Shown: positions 35,580-46,000, numbered from the stretch's first letter. The stretch is DNA of 64,000 nucleotides from Treponemataceae bacterium (GCA_963678065.2 CAXXVZ010000003.1:2144001-2208000); one strand, 5' to 3'. Program-made: numbers and translations. The notes: generated by a model not told the origin, from the sequence alone.

Positions 35580-36547
35580 GCCCGCCGGGAATCGTCGCCG
35601 CCTTCGCGGGCGGACTTCTTTCCTTCCTCTCTCCCTGCGTTCTGCCTCTCGTTCCCGGATATCTGTCGTTTATCTCGGGATACAGCGTGGCTGGTCCCGG
35701 TCTTCCGCGCGAGCGCAGCAGGATTTTCTTCCGGAGCCTCTTTTTCGTCGCAGGATTCACAGTCGCGTTCACGGCACTGGGCACCGTGTTTTCTGGCGGC
35801 GCCATGTTCGCGGGAGGATCCACTGCGCCCAGATTTCTCGGCATCGCGTCGGGCATCCTGGTTTTCCTATTCGGCCTGAACATGATCTTCGATTTCCTGT
35901 CCTTCCTCAACCGGGAACTTCGCTTCCATCCAAAAGGCAAGGATAGACCTGGGAGACCCAGGTCTGTCACTGGCCCCGGAGGAGCCTTCGTCATGGGACT
36001 TGCCTTCGCTGCCGGATGGTCTCCCTGCATCGGTCCCATCCTCGCATCGATCCTCCTCTACGCCGGTAAAGATGGAAACATCATACGATCCCTCGCTCTT
36101 CTCGGGGTGTATTCCCTCGGCCTTGCCCTGCCCTTCCTCGCTGCAAGTCTCTTTTTCGAAAAACTTAAGCCGATGATGGACTACATCAAGCGGCACGGGC
36201 GGGGCGTAAGGATTGTTTCGGGTCTGCTCCTTCTGGCCTTCGGAGCAGCCATGGCAGCGGGCAGCCTTCCCGGGGCCGGAGCAGCGGTGGTGCAGCTGGG
36301 ACTTGCGATACGCGCGGCAGGGGAAAGAGCTCCGGCTGCGCTGCGTCTCGGCGGAGGCGCTGTATTCCTTCTCGCGGCCATTCTCATCGGCTTCGGGGCA
36401 TTCCGGAAGAATCGGGGCGAGGCGAAGAAATCCTGGTTTCCGCGAGCTGTCGCGGTGCTCCTTGTCCTCTTCGCGCTTCTTCAGGTCGCGGGGCTCGTCG
36501 ACCTGACATCCCTCATTGCGGATTGGCTGCTGTTTTCCGGGGCATGA
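35576..36547 (+). CDS. ccdA: CcdA/DsbD-family transmembrane electron transporter
   Basis: GLLSFLSPCVLPLVP and GWSPCIGPIL; ATGA overlap with the TlpA gene. Confidence 0.9.
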   Translation: MSPPGIVAAFAGGLLSFLSPCVLPLVPGYLSFISGYSVAGPGLPRERSRIFFRSLFFVAGFTVAFTALGTVFSGGAMFAGGSTAPRFLGIASGILVFLFGLNMIFDFLSFLNRELRFHPKGKDRPGRPRSVTGPGGAFVMGLAFAAGWSPCIGPILASILLYAGKDGNIIRSLALLGVYSLGLALPFLAASLFFEKLKPMMDYIKRHGRGVRIVSGLLLLAFGAAMAAGSLPGAGAAVVQLGLAIRAAGERAPAALRLGGGAVFLLAAILIGFGAFRKNRGEAKKSWFPRAVAVLLVLFALLQVAGLVDLTSLIADWLLFSGA

Positions 36548-36608
36548 AGCGGAAAGCGGGATTGGCGGAGCTGGGCGGTACACGGCGCACGATGCGCGGG
36601 TCGGAAGA

Positions 36609-37571
36609 TCAGACCGTGCCGACTCGGAATGAGCGACGGAAAATTTGCCTACGAAGGCGTTCGATCCAGACGACAGCGATCGAAAGAAGAATTCTCGGAA
36701 CAATGAGCCAGAACAGGGAAACGGAAATAGCCGAGTAGAGGAAGCTGTCTTCGAGGAGGGAATGAGTGATCGCGGCGTGGTGGTTGAAGAGGTCGCTTTC
36801 CTGGGGTTTCATCTTTCCCGCTTCGATCTCCGCCACGATGATGCCGGCCCCATAGGCGTAGCCGACTCCGTTGATGACGAGCCAGAGGAAACTCGCGGAT
36901 CTTGGCAGGCCGAACAGGCCCATCAGAGGGGCGAAGGTCCTCGAGAGGAAACTCATGACGCTGAATTCTTCCAGCAGCTTCTGGGTCACCATGATTGCGA
37001 CGACGATGAGGATGATCTTCACCGTCAGCGCGCCTGTGCTCTTGGCCCAGCCGGAGAGCATGAGCCAGAAGGATGGCTTCGTGCCTCCCTGCGCACTTGA
37101 AAATGGAATCCGGGAAAGCGAATCGGGCACAAGGAGATTGAGCAGCCATGCGAGAACAAAGGCGGATGCTATCCTCAGCACGACCATCTTCGTCGCGGAG
37201 GACCCGGCCTTCTTCATCACTGTCGTTTCGACCAGAAGATTGTGGCACACAAGGCTCATGACGGCGAGGATTGTGACGTGCTTCATGTTGAGGCTGAGCG
37301 AGCCCATCACCGCGATGGCGCTGTAGTTGTTCAGCAAGGCACCGGAGAGGAATGCGAGGGCGGCCTCGCCGGGCAGGCCGATAAGCTTCATCAATGGCGC
37401 AAATAGCGAAGCGATGCGTCCGAGCAGGCCGCTCCATCCGAGGAGGGCGACGACCAGACTCACCGGCACCATGATGCGGAGGAGGAACCACGCCGTCCCG
37501 ACTGATTTGCGCAGGCCTGCCATCACAGCCTTCCGGCCGCGGTCGAATATTTCTCGTGTGGTTTTCATCAT
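36609..37571 (-). CDS. Nucleoside-recognition (Gate) domain membrane protein
   Basis: Duplicated P(L)M.L.GLP motifs, CHNLLVET and HSLLEDS; multi-TM. Confidence 0.75.
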   Translation of the reverse strand: MMKTTREIFDRGRKAVMAGLRKSVGTAWFLLRIMVPVSLVVALLGWSGLLGRIASLFAPLMKLIGLPGEAALAFLSGALLNNYSAIAVMGSLSLNMKHVTILAVMSLVCHNLLVETTVMKKAGSSATKMVVLRIASAFVLAWLLNLLVPDSLSRIPFSSAQGGTKPSFWLMLSGWAKSTGALTVKIILIVVAIMVTQKLLEEFSVMSFLSRTFAPLMGLFGLPRSASFLWLVINGVGYAYGAGIIVAEIEAGKMKPQESDLFNHHAAITHSLLEDSFLYSAISVSLFWLIVPRILLSIAVVWIERLRRQIFRRSFRVGTV

Positions 37572-37610
37572 CGCGACCGCAATCTAGCCCCCGGACAATA
37601 CATCTGTCAA

Positions 37611-39173
37611 TCAGAGATTCAGTCCGACAAGGTCCAAGGGCATTCCGGCTCTCGACTTGAACTTTCCCGAGAAGAGGGCGACGATGGCCTCCGCTGCCGC
37701 CACGGAAAATCCAAATACAGCCGCAAGTCCCTGTGCGTCCGGGAAAAAAGCCAGATCGTAGGGATCTTTCAGCGCTACCACCGAATAGCGAGGAAAAGCC
37801 TCGGCCACAATTCGCGCGAGAGCCTCCTGCTCGGGCCGGAAATGGGCATTGCAGCAGAGAACCGCGGCTGTGGGAGCCTCGGAGGCGGAGGCGGCAGACT
37901 GCAGTATCCGGTCCGCAAGAAAGGAAGCGGCGTCCGGATCGGGATCGGAGCGCGACTGGACGAGCTCTGCCTTCGGGTAGGCTTTCCTGAGGATCTCCAT
38001 GAAGGAGGCGATAATCTGCTCGGAGACAGTCCCTGTGTCAGGCGTGAAGACAAGAATGAACCCGGGTTTCCCACTCCCATCGAATGCGCAATCGTCTCTG
38101 AGGACGACACAGGATTCGAGTCGCTCCCTCGCGACCTTCGCGCCGAGCATCGATTTCTCCGTCACTTCGAGTTTCCGCAGATCTGTTCTTCCCGAAAGAC
38201 CTGCGAGCAGAGCTTTCATCCTCGACACGCTACGGTCCACGAGTTCCGGAGTTATCATTCCGCTGTATCCGTCCCTCGCGGCGCCGGATACGGAAGCCCT
38301 GCTCCCGGCGAGGGCGGTCGCTGCGGCGAGCGCCCTATCGGGATACTGAAAGATGGTAAGATCGCAACCGGCCAGGACCGCCCCTATCACAGCCTTTACG
38401 GGATCGGCCTCGGCGTCGGCAGCCTCCCCGATGACGAGGCCCTGGAATCCGAGTTCGGCGCGAAGTCGCCCCTCCACGATTCGCTTGCTGGAAGGCGCGG
38501 GGACATGGGTCGGCTCCATCGAAGGCACGAGCATCCTTCCGACGAGTATGGCCTCCAACCCTGCGTGGATTGCGGCGGCAAGAGGTTTCGCCCCCGCCCC
38601 GCAGAGCTTCACCGAAGGCACTTCGGCGACGGGATACGCTTCTGAGAAGGAACTCCCCCTCATTGCCGAACAGGGAAAACCGAGGGCGCAGGTGGCGGCC
38701 CCTCCTGCTCTCACACCCTCGACGAAGGCGGCGCAGAGGCGGGAAGCAGATTCGGAGTTTTCACCGAAGGAATCGAGGACTCCGGAAGGATTCTTGGGAT
38801 TGAAGACGGAATCGACATGGGGAGTAAACAGGAGATCGATCCCGAGCGCGGCGGCGGTGAGGCCAAGCATTTTACCTGCGCGCTTTGCTGTGGTACTGCG
38901 TCCGAGAGCGGCAATCGCGAGAGGGAGAGGTTCGAAGGCCAGGGAGGGCAAACCGGCTGCGCCCGGCCCGATGGCGATGCATATCCGTCCCGCACCTCGG
39001 GCTTCAGCCGCTGAGCGCAAGGAAGCGACCATGCGGCCGAGATCCTGGCGCCGACCGAAGAGGGAGCCAGGCAGAAGAAAAGACCGGATGCCGGCATCCA
39101 GAAGGAGTGAAAATTTCTCCAAAGGGAATTCCGGATCGAGTCCGGACATGATAAGTGCGGCTGCTTCGCGCAT
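37611..39173 (-). CDS. Glycoside hydrolase family 3 (NagZ-like) homologue lacking catalytic motifs
   Basis: LGIDLLFTPHVD, NPKNP, SFGE, LRAELGFQGLVI, AGCDL, SVSRM, C-terminal DPYD; KHFPGHG is absent. Confidence 0.75.
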   Translation of the reverse strand: MREAAALIMSGLDPEFPLEKFSLLLDAGIRSFLLPGSLFGRRQDLGRMVASLRSAAEARGAGRICIAIGPGAAGLPSLAFEPLPLAIAALGRSTTAKRAGKMLGLTAAALGIDLLFTPHVDSVFNPKNPSGVLDSFGENSESASRLCAAFVEGVRAGGAATCALGFPCSAMRGSSFSEAYPVAEVPSVKLCGAGAKPLAAAIHAGLEAILVGRMLVPSMEPTHVPAPSSKRIVEGRLRAELGFQGLVIGEAADAEADPVKAVIGAVLAGCDLTIFQYPDRALAAATALAGSRASVSGAARDGYSGMITPELVDRSVSRMKALLAGLSGRTDLRKLEVTEKSMLGAKVARERLESCVVLRDDCAFDGSGKPGFILVFTPDTGTVSEQIIASFMEILRKAYPKAELVQSRSDPDPDAASFLADRILQSAASASEAPTAAVLCCNAHFRPEQEALARIVAEAFPRYSVVALKDPYDLAFFPDAQGLAAVFGFSVAAAEAIVALFSGKFKSRAGMPLDLVGLNL

Positions 39174-39323
39174 TGTGCTCCCTCGCGCATACAATTGTAT
39201 GGTAAGCCGACCTGGAATAGAAGATGGGAAAATGCCCCCCATTTACAGGGATCGGGTTCATGGGGTTACAGCCCGAGACAGCGAGGCCACCCGGGACGGC
39301 TACGGATAGAGTCGCCCGGGGCT

Positions 39324-41333
39324 TCAGCCTCGACTGCAAGAAAGGGCGCTGACCCTCTGCATAAGATCGGAATCGGCTTTCAGGGCCTCCACTGTGGCCG
39401 CCATCCGGTAGGCCCAGTTCCTGCCGCCCGTCGTTCCCGGGACATTGATCCGTTCTTTCGAGAAATCGGGGTCGCGGAAGGTTTCCGTAAGCGCAAGCAG
39501 ATCCTGAATAGGATAGACGACGATCCGGGATCCGGCCCCCGCCATCGCCTCGAGAATCAGGCGGGCGGAATCGGGGTCGAGAGTCTGCGGGCAGGGGCCG
39601 ATATCGCGGCAGAGCCATCTCCCGAGTTCGGCCCAGAGGGACTCGCGGTCGGCTTCCTTCTCCCACCATTCGCGCAGACAGGTCGAGTCATGGACGGAAG
39701 GACAGGCGACCGTCAGGACGGGATAGTCCGCGGGGGCGACATAGGGGCGGCTGGGTTTTGTCCATTCCCGCGTCCAGCGCAGGACCCTGAGGCCGAGAAT
39801 ACCCAGTTTCTCAAGCGTCACGGGCACGCAATCCGGAACGGAGCCCAGATCCTCGGCGCATGCCAGCATGGGGACTGAAGCGGAAAGTTCCAGGAGTATG
39901 CGTTCACCTTCGCTGGCCCAGAATTCCTCCGCCTCGCTCCTTCGCCTCGAGAAGAGCCCGGCGAGCATTCCCTTTTCGTCATCCGACAGAGTAGCCCAGG
40001 CGGAAGAGCTGCCGTGATTCCAGGCGAGCACGAAGCTGTCCGGATCGAACTCGTGAAGCGCCCGGTCACGCCAGGCCTCTTCGAGGAGGTCCTTCGAAAC
40101 CTCGTCGATGTCGAGATTCCTGATGTCCTTCTCGCCCTGGATTCCAGGCTTGAACAGGAAGAGATCCTCCGAACCGATCCGGTCCAGGGAAGCCGCCACA
40201 ACCTTGTCGAAACTGCCTTCCGGAAGCCTGGAGAGAAGCCTGTCGGCGCGGAGGTGGGGACGGCTGAGCCATCTGATTCTGTCAGGCATAAAACCGAGCC
40301 TGGAGAGTTCCTGTCGCGAAACCGGCCTGTCCGGAACGAAATGTCCGAGATAGCCCGTCCTGTCGTGCTCCGAAAGCGCCCATATCCTGAAGAAACCGAG
40401 GACGTGGTCGATGCGGTAGGCCGAATAGTAGGCGTCGGAGGCGCGGAGGCGCGATTTCCAGAAGGAGAACCCGTCCGCTGACTGGGCGGACCAATCGTAG
40501 ATGGGAAATCCCCAGTTCTGTCCGAGCCCGGAGTACATGTCCGGCGGCGCCCCGGCGATAGAACCCATACGGAACAGGGGCCTATCAGCCCAGACTTCGG
40601 CGGAATCTTCGTTCATGAGGATGGGGATATCACCCATGAGCTCTATCCCCGCCGCGGCGACGGCCCTGGCGGCGCGCCTCATCTGTTCGTCCGCACGCAT
40701 CTGTATCCACGCATGACAGTGCAGATTCTCGACGAATTCGGGATCTTTCCAGATCGAATCGATGTCGGCGGGCTCCGGATCGCGCAAGTCCGTCCAGAGC
40801 CACCAGGGGAGCCCGGCGTTCCTGCGCTTCAGCTCGACGAAGGCGGCGTACTTCCTGATCCAGGGATGCCCAGCCACCCAGGCGTCGAGCTCATCTTTCC
40901 CTGATGCCGAAGTCTTCTCCTTCCATATCTGCCCGAGCAGAGCGAGTTTTCCGGCGAGGAGAGCTTCGTGGGGCACGGTCTCCGAGCCGGAACACGCGGC
41001 AAACAGGCTCTCCGCCTCTTCGAGGAGACGCGCCTTCGTCCGCGCGCTCAGGCCGCTCTCTGCGGCGCTTCCCGGTTGGAGCTCGGGCAGATCCTGTATC
41101 CTGATGTACAGGGGGTGGAGGGCGAAGGCGGAGAGGGCGCTGTAGGGCGATGTCTGGACGCCGGTATCCTGGATGGGCAGAAGCTGAATGAGGTCGAGCC
41201 TCCACTCTGCCGCAAGTGCGGCGAATGCCGCGAGGTCGGGGTATTCGCCGCAGCCGGGCGAGCCGCCGGTCCTGATTGCGGAAAGCGGCACGACCACGCC
41301 GCTCAAGCTCCTGTTGCCATGCCTGTATTCCAT
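39324..41333 (-). CDS. malQ: 4-alpha-glucanotransferase (amylomaltase, GH77)
   Basis: QLLPIQD, SPYS, GDIPI, GAPPD, GQNWGFP, RIDHVLGFFR, CAEDLG, HDS, RINVPGT. Confidence 0.95.
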   Translation of the reverse strand: MEYRHGNRSLSGVVVPLSAIRTGGSPGCGEYPDLAAFAALAAEWRLDLIQLLPIQDTGVQTSPYSALSAFALHPLYIRIQDLPELQPGSAAESGLSARTKARLLEEAESLFAACSGSETVPHEALLAGKLALLGQIWKEKTSASGKDELDAWVAGHPWIRKYAAFVELKRRNAGLPWWLWTDLRDPEPADIDSIWKDPEFVENLHCHAWIQMRADEQMRRAARAVAAAGIELMGDIPILMNEDSAEVWADRPLFRMGSIAGAPPDMYSGLGQNWGFPIYDWSAQSADGFSFWKSRLRASDAYYSAYRIDHVLGFFRIWALSEHDRTGYLGHFVPDRPVSRQELSRLGFMPDRIRWLSRPHLRADRLLSRLPEGSFDKVVAASLDRIGSEDLFLFKPGIQGEKDIRNLDIDEVSKDLLEEAWRDRALHEFDPDSFVLAWNHGSSSAWATLSDDEKGMLAGLFSRRRSEAEEFWASEGERILLELSASVPMLACAEDLGSVPDCVPVTLEKLGILGLRVLRWTREWTKPSRPYVAPADYPVLTVACPSVHDSTCLREWWEKEADRESLWAELGRWLCRDIGPCPQTLDPDSARLILEAMAGAGSRIVVYPIQDLLALTETFRDPDFSKERINVPGTTGGRNWAYRMAATVEALKADSDLMQRVSALSCSRG

Positions 41334-41335
41334 TT

Positions 41336-42730
41336 TCAGCCTCCATCCTGCTTGCCAGGAGCTTCTTTCTTTTTCGTGCCCGACCACAACGCGCGCAAAG
41401 CTTCTTTCATGTCCCCCACGCGCTTCCAGTCCTCATTTCCGGGCCCGGGCGGCATTTCGCCCTCGGAAGGACCGTCGGCCGGCCCTAACACCCTCGGAAA
41501 GCCGAGACCTGTGGCGGCTTTTGCGCGTCGCCTCATGTAGCGCACCGGTCTTATTTCCCCGGCAAGAGAGAGCTCGCCCGCGAGGACACATCCTCTGGGC
41601 AAAGGGGTGTCTGCCCTGGCGGAGTAGAGGGCGCAGGCCAGGGCCAGATCGATGGCAGGTTCCGTGAGCCTCATACCACCAGCGACATTCACGTAGATAT
41701 CCTGGTCAGAGAATTTCATGCCGGTATGCTTTTCCAGGACGGCGGCAATCCGCGAGACGCGCGAGACGTCGACCCTGTCCGAATAGACACGGGTCAGTCC
41801 CGCCTTGGCCGGCACGACGAGGGCCTGTATCTCGACGAGAAGAATCCTGCTCCCCTCGTGGACGGGAGCGACGGCCACCCCCGCGGGCACTTCTCCCTCT
41901 CTCCGCACGATGAAGAACCCAGAGGGGTCCCCCACTTCCGCCAAGCCCGCCCCGGTCATCCGGAACAGGCCTATTTCGTCGGTGGAACCGAAGCGATTCT
42001 TCCCCGCGCGAAGGGTCCTGATATCGCCCTCCGCCTGTTCGAAGCCGAGGACGACATCGACGAGATGTTCGGCCGCCTTGGGTCCCGCGACGAGTCCGTC
42101 TTTCGTCACATGGGCGACGAGGACCATGCAGGCGTCGTGGCCCTTGACCCAGGAGACGAGTTCCTGGGCGCAGTATTTTACCTGGTTTGTCGTTCCCGGA
42201 ACGGCTCCGGCCTCTTCGGCGTGAAGTGTCTGCATGGAGTCGATGACGACGAAGACGGGTTTCACGGTGTCGAGAACAGTCCTGATCCGCCCGAGGTCTC
42301 CCGACGAGAATATCTCGATACCCTTCCGTTCGATGCCGAGCCGCTGCGCGCGCAGTTTTATGTGGGCTGGCGATTCCTCGCCGGAAACATAGAGAATGCG
42401 CCCCGTGGTCTCCGCCTTCATGCAGAGTTGGAGGAGAAGAGTGCTCTTGCCGATGCCCGGCTCCCCCGCCAACAGGACCGCGCTCCCCCGGAGGAATCCT
42501 CCTCCGAGAACACGGTCGAACTCAGGAGATCCTGAACTCATCCTCGTCCCGGAAGCGGGGTCTATCGACTCGATAGGCAGGGGGAAGCTCTCTCCCGCCC
42601 TCTCCGGTCCCGCCGCGGACAGGGATTCGCGGAAACTGTTCCACTGTCCGCATTCGGGGCAGCGCCCAAGCCACTTCGGCTCTGTATGCCCACAATTGGC
42701 GCATTTATAGGAAGGCGCGGTTTTCTTCAT
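41336..42730 (-). CDS. radA: DNA repair protein RadA/Sms
   Basis: C4 zinc finger, GEPGIGKSTL, KNRFG, Lon-like C-terminus. Confidence 0.97.
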   Translation of the reverse strand: MKKTAPSYKCANCGHTEPKWLGRCPECGQWNSFRESLSAAGPERAGESFPLPIESIDPASGTRMSSGSPEFDRVLGGGFLRGSAVLLAGEPGIGKSTLLLQLCMKAETTGRILYVSGEESPAHIKLRAQRLGIERKGIEIFSSGDLGRIRTVLDTVKPVFVVIDSMQTLHAEEAGAVPGTTNQVKYCAQELVSWVKGHDACMVLVAHVTKDGLVAGPKAAEHLVDVVLGFEQAEGDIRTLRAGKNRFGSTDEIGLFRMTGAGLAEVGDPSGFFIVRREGEVPAGVAVAPVHEGSRILLVEIQALVVPAKAGLTRVYSDRVDVSRVSRIAAVLEKHTGMKFSDQDIYVNVAGGMRLTEPAIDLALACALYSARADTPLPRGCVLAGELSLAGEIRPVRYMRRRAKAATGLGFPRVLGPADGPSEGEMPPGPGNEDWKRVGDMKEALRALWSGTKKKEAPGKQDGG

Positions 42731-42864
42731 GTAGATGAATCGTACCCGAGACCCGACTGCGCTTCAAGGCTGCACATTGCCTCATCAGAATTCGGGATGA
42801 AAGAGCGGGTCAGGCCGGGAAAGGACATCTTGTCGAACGATCCTATGACGTGTACGTTGGATTC

Positions 42865-44103
42865 ATGGAAAGAGCCACAATCGTCCTGAAACCCAAGGAA
42901 GACCTGAGAATCCGCGCCGGCCATCCGTGGATTTACGACAACGAAATCGCCGGGATGACCGGTTCTCCCTCTCCCGGAGCCGAAATCGAAGTTTTCGACT
43001 CAAGAAAACAGAGTCTCGGCGCCGCATTCTGGAATTCCTCCTCCAAAATCCGCGCGCGCATGTACTCGCGGACCCTGAGGAGCGCCGATTGCGCTTTCTT
43101 CGCTGAAACCATCGGAAAGGCGCTCTCATGGCGGAAGCAGTTTTTCGATCCCGAAACCCAAAGCCTCCGCCTTGTGTTCGGAGAGGCCGACGGCCTCCCG
43201 GGACTCGTCGTCGACTCCTTCGTGGGGCATCCTTCCCACGGGGCGGTGCCGGAGGCCTCCTCCGAAATTGCCTCGACGGCCGGCCGCTGGCTTTCGGTCC
43301 AGTTCCTCTCCCTCGGTGTCGATGTCCGCAAAAAGGAAATCATCGAGGCGCTGACCGAGGTATTCCCCCACGACGGCATTATGGAACGATCGGACGCCCC
43401 TGTCCGATCCTTCGAGGGGCTCGCCCCGGCGAGCGGGCTGCTCTCTGGCGAAGTTCCCTCCTCCATCATCATCGGGGAAAACGGCTCTTCGTTTCTCGTC
43501 GATCTCTTGGGAGGACAGAAAACGGGCTGGTTCCTCGACCAGAGGGCCAACAGGGCCGCGGCTGCGGCCCACGCCCGGGGGCGGAGGGTACTCGACATGT
43601 TCTGCAACGCGGGCGGCTTCGGCATCGCCTGCGCCCGGCAGGGAGCCTTGCGGGTCATCGCGGTGGACTCTTCCGCCGAAGCCATCGCCTCGGTCCGGAC
43701 CAACGCGGCCCTGAACGGCGTTTCGGAGAAGATCGAGGCGGTGGAAGCCAACGCGTTCGACTACCTGCGCGAGCTCGAGCACAAAAAAGACAGATACGGG
43801 CTCGTCATCCTCGACCCACCCGCCTTTGCCAAGAACCGCGCGTCGGTGGAATCCGCCTACCGAGGTTACAAGGACATCAATCTTCGAGCCCTGCGGCTCC
43901 TCGAACCGGGTGGCATTCTGGTGACGAATTCCTGTTCTCACTGGTTCGGCAGGGAGAGATTCGAAGCTATGCTAGAAGAGGCCGCCAAGGATGCCGGAAG
44001 GCGGCTGCGCTTCATAGAAGAGCGCAGTCAGGACCTCGATCACCCCGTCGTGTCGGGCTATGCGGAATCCCGCTATCTGAAATGCTTTATTGTCGAGGCC
44101 TGA
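42865..44103 (+). CDS. RlmI-family rRNA m5C methyltransferase
   Basis: GHPWIY (PUA-like), EADGLPGLVVD, GQKTGWFLDQR, LDPPAF, NSCS. Confidence 0.88.
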   Translation: MERATIVLKPKEDLRIRAGHPWIYDNEIAGMTGSPSPGAEIEVFDSRKQSLGAAFWNSSSKIRARMYSRTLRSADCAFFAETIGKALSWRKQFFDPETQSLRLVFGEADGLPGLVVDSFVGHPSHGAVPEASSEIASTAGRWLSVQFLSLGVDVRKKEIIEALTEVFPHDGIMERSDAPVRSFEGLAPASGLLSGEVPSSIIIGENGSSFLVDLLGGQKTGWFLDQRANRAAAAAHARGRRVLDMFCNAGGFGIACARQGALRVIAVDSSAEAIASVRTNAALNGVSEKIEAVEANAFDYLRELEHKKDRYGLVILDPPAFAKNRASVESAYRGYKDINLRALRLLEPGGILVTNSCSHWFGRERFEAMLEEAAKDAGRRLRFIEERSQDLDHPVVSGYAESRYLKCFIVEA

Positions 44104-44129
44104 AAAGACAGACCGGGCGGCAGTCCGTA

Positions 44130-44152
44130 TTCCGGGGGCCAGGCCCCCGGAA
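44130..44152. terminator. GC-rich hairpin between convergent genes
   Basis: Perfect inverted repeat TTCCGGGGGCC-A-GGCCCCCGGAA. Confidence 0.5.
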
Positions 44153-44185
44153 AGTTCGGGCGATCACCGATTGGCCATCAACCAA

Positions 44186-44476
44186 TCATACGACCAGAAC
44201 CTTGGTGATCGTCTCGCGGGAGACTCCGAAGAGCCGCGCCAGCTGAGAAGCCTCGGCGTAGGATGTTCCGGCCTTCGCGTTGAAGAACGCGATGAAGGAT
44301 TTCATTTCGGCTTCGTCGCCTGAAAACAGGGCCGACGAAAAAGCCGCCCGGTACATTCCTTTTTCGGCGAGCTGCATGGTGCCGAGCTTTCCATATTCTT
44401 TCTTCGCCTTTCCGTCGACAACGGCGGTCGATCCATCGTAACCGATAGTGCAGATAAAATCTTCGCGGGATATCAT
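44186..44476 (-). CDS. Small hypothetical protein (96 aa)
   Basis: MISREDFICTIGYDGSTAVVD...; typical composition; same strand as, and downstream of, rubredoxin. Confidence 0.7.
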   Translation of the reverse strand: MISREDFICTIGYDGSTAVVDGKAKKEYGKLGTMQLAEKGMYRAAFSSALFSGDEAEMKSFIAFFNAKAGTSYAEASQLARLFGVSRETITKVLVV

Positions 44477-44578
44477 TGTGCAGTCCTGATGCGGAAAAAT
44501 TGAAGTTCCGAGAGTGGAGTGGTGGAAGGATGAGCGGAAGAGCCGCGCGTGGGCCCGGCCCCTCCGTCTCCCCATGGA

Positions 44579-44737
44579 TTACATGGCGGAAAAATTGTCC
44601 TTGGAGGCGCCGCACATCGGGCAGACCCAATCGTCGGGGAGGGCTTCGAAAGCCGTTCCGGCGGGAACCTTGGAATCAGGATCGCCTTCGGCGGGATCAT
44701 AGATGTAGCCGCAGACATCGCATACGTATTTCTTCAT
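44579..44737 (-). CDS. Rubredoxin
   Basis: Translated by hand, 52 aa: [60 protein letters not shown]. Confidence 0.97.
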   Translation of the reverse strand: MKKYVCDVCGYIYDPAEGDPDSKVPAGTAFEALPDDWVCPMCGASKDNFSAM

Positions 44738-44758
44738 TTCATTCTCCTTTCCGGCGCT

Positions 44759-45157
44759 TCAGAGCGCAGCTTTCCACAGTCCATGCAGATTACAATACTC
44801 CCGCGCCGTGACGGAAGGGGCAGCGACATTGAAAATTGCGACGGGCGCGTCGCCGGGTTTCAGGTATTTTCTGTAGACGCAGGCCACGGAGCCGTCGGCG
44901 GCGAGAACGAGTAGCTCGATCCATTCGATGAAGTGTTTCTCCTCCATGGGATGCGCGATGGCTCCGACAGAGACCTTGTATCCCTCGGGGATCTTCTCGA
45001 TGACCGGGATGTGCTTCTCCCGGGAAGCTTCCACCGTGTTTTCAGTGATGGCCTTCATGGGCGATCCGCAGCAGACCAACTCGCCGCCGCCCGCGTGGAG
45101 CACTTCGACGATGTTGCCACAATGCTCGCATTTGTAGACACCATATTTTTCAGCCAT
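44759..45157 (-). CDS. dfx: Desulfoferrodoxin (2Fe superoxide reductase)
   Basis: YKCEHCGN...CCG, EKHIP, HPM..KHFIEWI, CNLHGLW. Confidence 0.95.
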   Translation of the reverse strand: MAEKYGVYKCEHCGNIVEVLHAGGGELVCCGSPMKAITENTVEASREKHIPVIEKIPEGYKVSVGAIAHPMEEKHFIEWIELLVLAADGSVACVYRKYLKPGDAPVAIFNVAAPSVTAREYCNLHGLWKAAL

Positions 45158-45186
45158 GTTTTCCTCCTGTGAAGATATCGATACTG

Positions 45187-45762
45187 TCAATAATTCTCGC
45201 CGAGTTTCTCGAAATAGGCCTGAGGGTGGGCGCAGGCGGGGCAGGCGGCGGGAGCGGCGCTGCCCTCATACAGATAACCGCAATTGAGGCAGCGCCAGAC
45301 GACTGGAGAATCCGATTTGAATACCGTGCCCGAGTCGATGTTCGCGGCGAGCTTTTCGTAGCGCTTCGCATGCTGTTTTTCGGCGACGGCGATAGAGCGG
45401 AATACTGTGGCGATAGCGGAATACCCCTCGGCATCGGCTATTTTCGCGAAGCCGGGATACATTTCTTTCCACTCGTAGTTTTCGCCGGCAGCCGCGGCCA
45501 GAAGGTTGTCGCGAGTCGCTCCGATTACACCGGAAGGGAAGGTTCCGGTAATTGTGGTTTCTCCGCCCTCCATGAACTTGAACAGGCGCTTGGCGTGTTC
45601 CTTCTCCTGGTTGGCGGTCTCCTCGAAGATCGTGGCCATCTGGATGAACCCTTCTTCCTTCGCCTTGGACGCGAAATACGTATAGCGGTTGCGCGCCTGG
45701 GATTCTCCGGCAAAGGCCGCCATAAGATTCGTTTCCGTCTTGCTTCCTTTGATGCTCTTCAT
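45187..45762 (-). CDS. rbr: Rubrerythrin
   Basis: [29 protein letters not shown]...CPACAHP. Confidence 0.96.
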   Translation of the reverse strand: MKSIKGSKTETNLMAAFAGESQARNRYTYFASKAKEEGFIQMATIFEETANQEKEHAKRLFKFMEGGETTITGTFPSGVIGATRDNLLAAAAGENYEWKEMYPGFAKIADAEGYSAIATVFRSIAVAEKQHAKRYEKLAANIDSGTVFKSDSPVVWRCLNCGYLYEGSAAPAACPACAHPQAYFEKLGENY

Positions 45763-45875
45763 CGGTAAACCTCCTTCCTCAGCGTACTGTGCGCGGCAGT
45801 GGAATATCCCGTCCATGTACGACATGTTCTTACTTACGGGTCCGGACGGAGATGCATGAACGCACCTTTTCTAAA

Positions 45876-45904
45876 AATATAGTCCTATCATGTCGCAAGG
45901 GCAA
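45876..45904 (-). promoter_or_regulatory. Putative promoter of the rbr-dfx-rubredoxin cluster
   Basis: TTGCCC, 17-nt spacer, TATATT on the minus strand. Confidence 0.45.
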
Positions 45905-46000
45905 ATCGATTTTCATGCAAACGCGCGAGCCATGGCGATTTTCAGGGAATACTTCAATCGCCAGGAGGAAGACCGGGCGATTAAGGGCAGGGGGAAGAAT

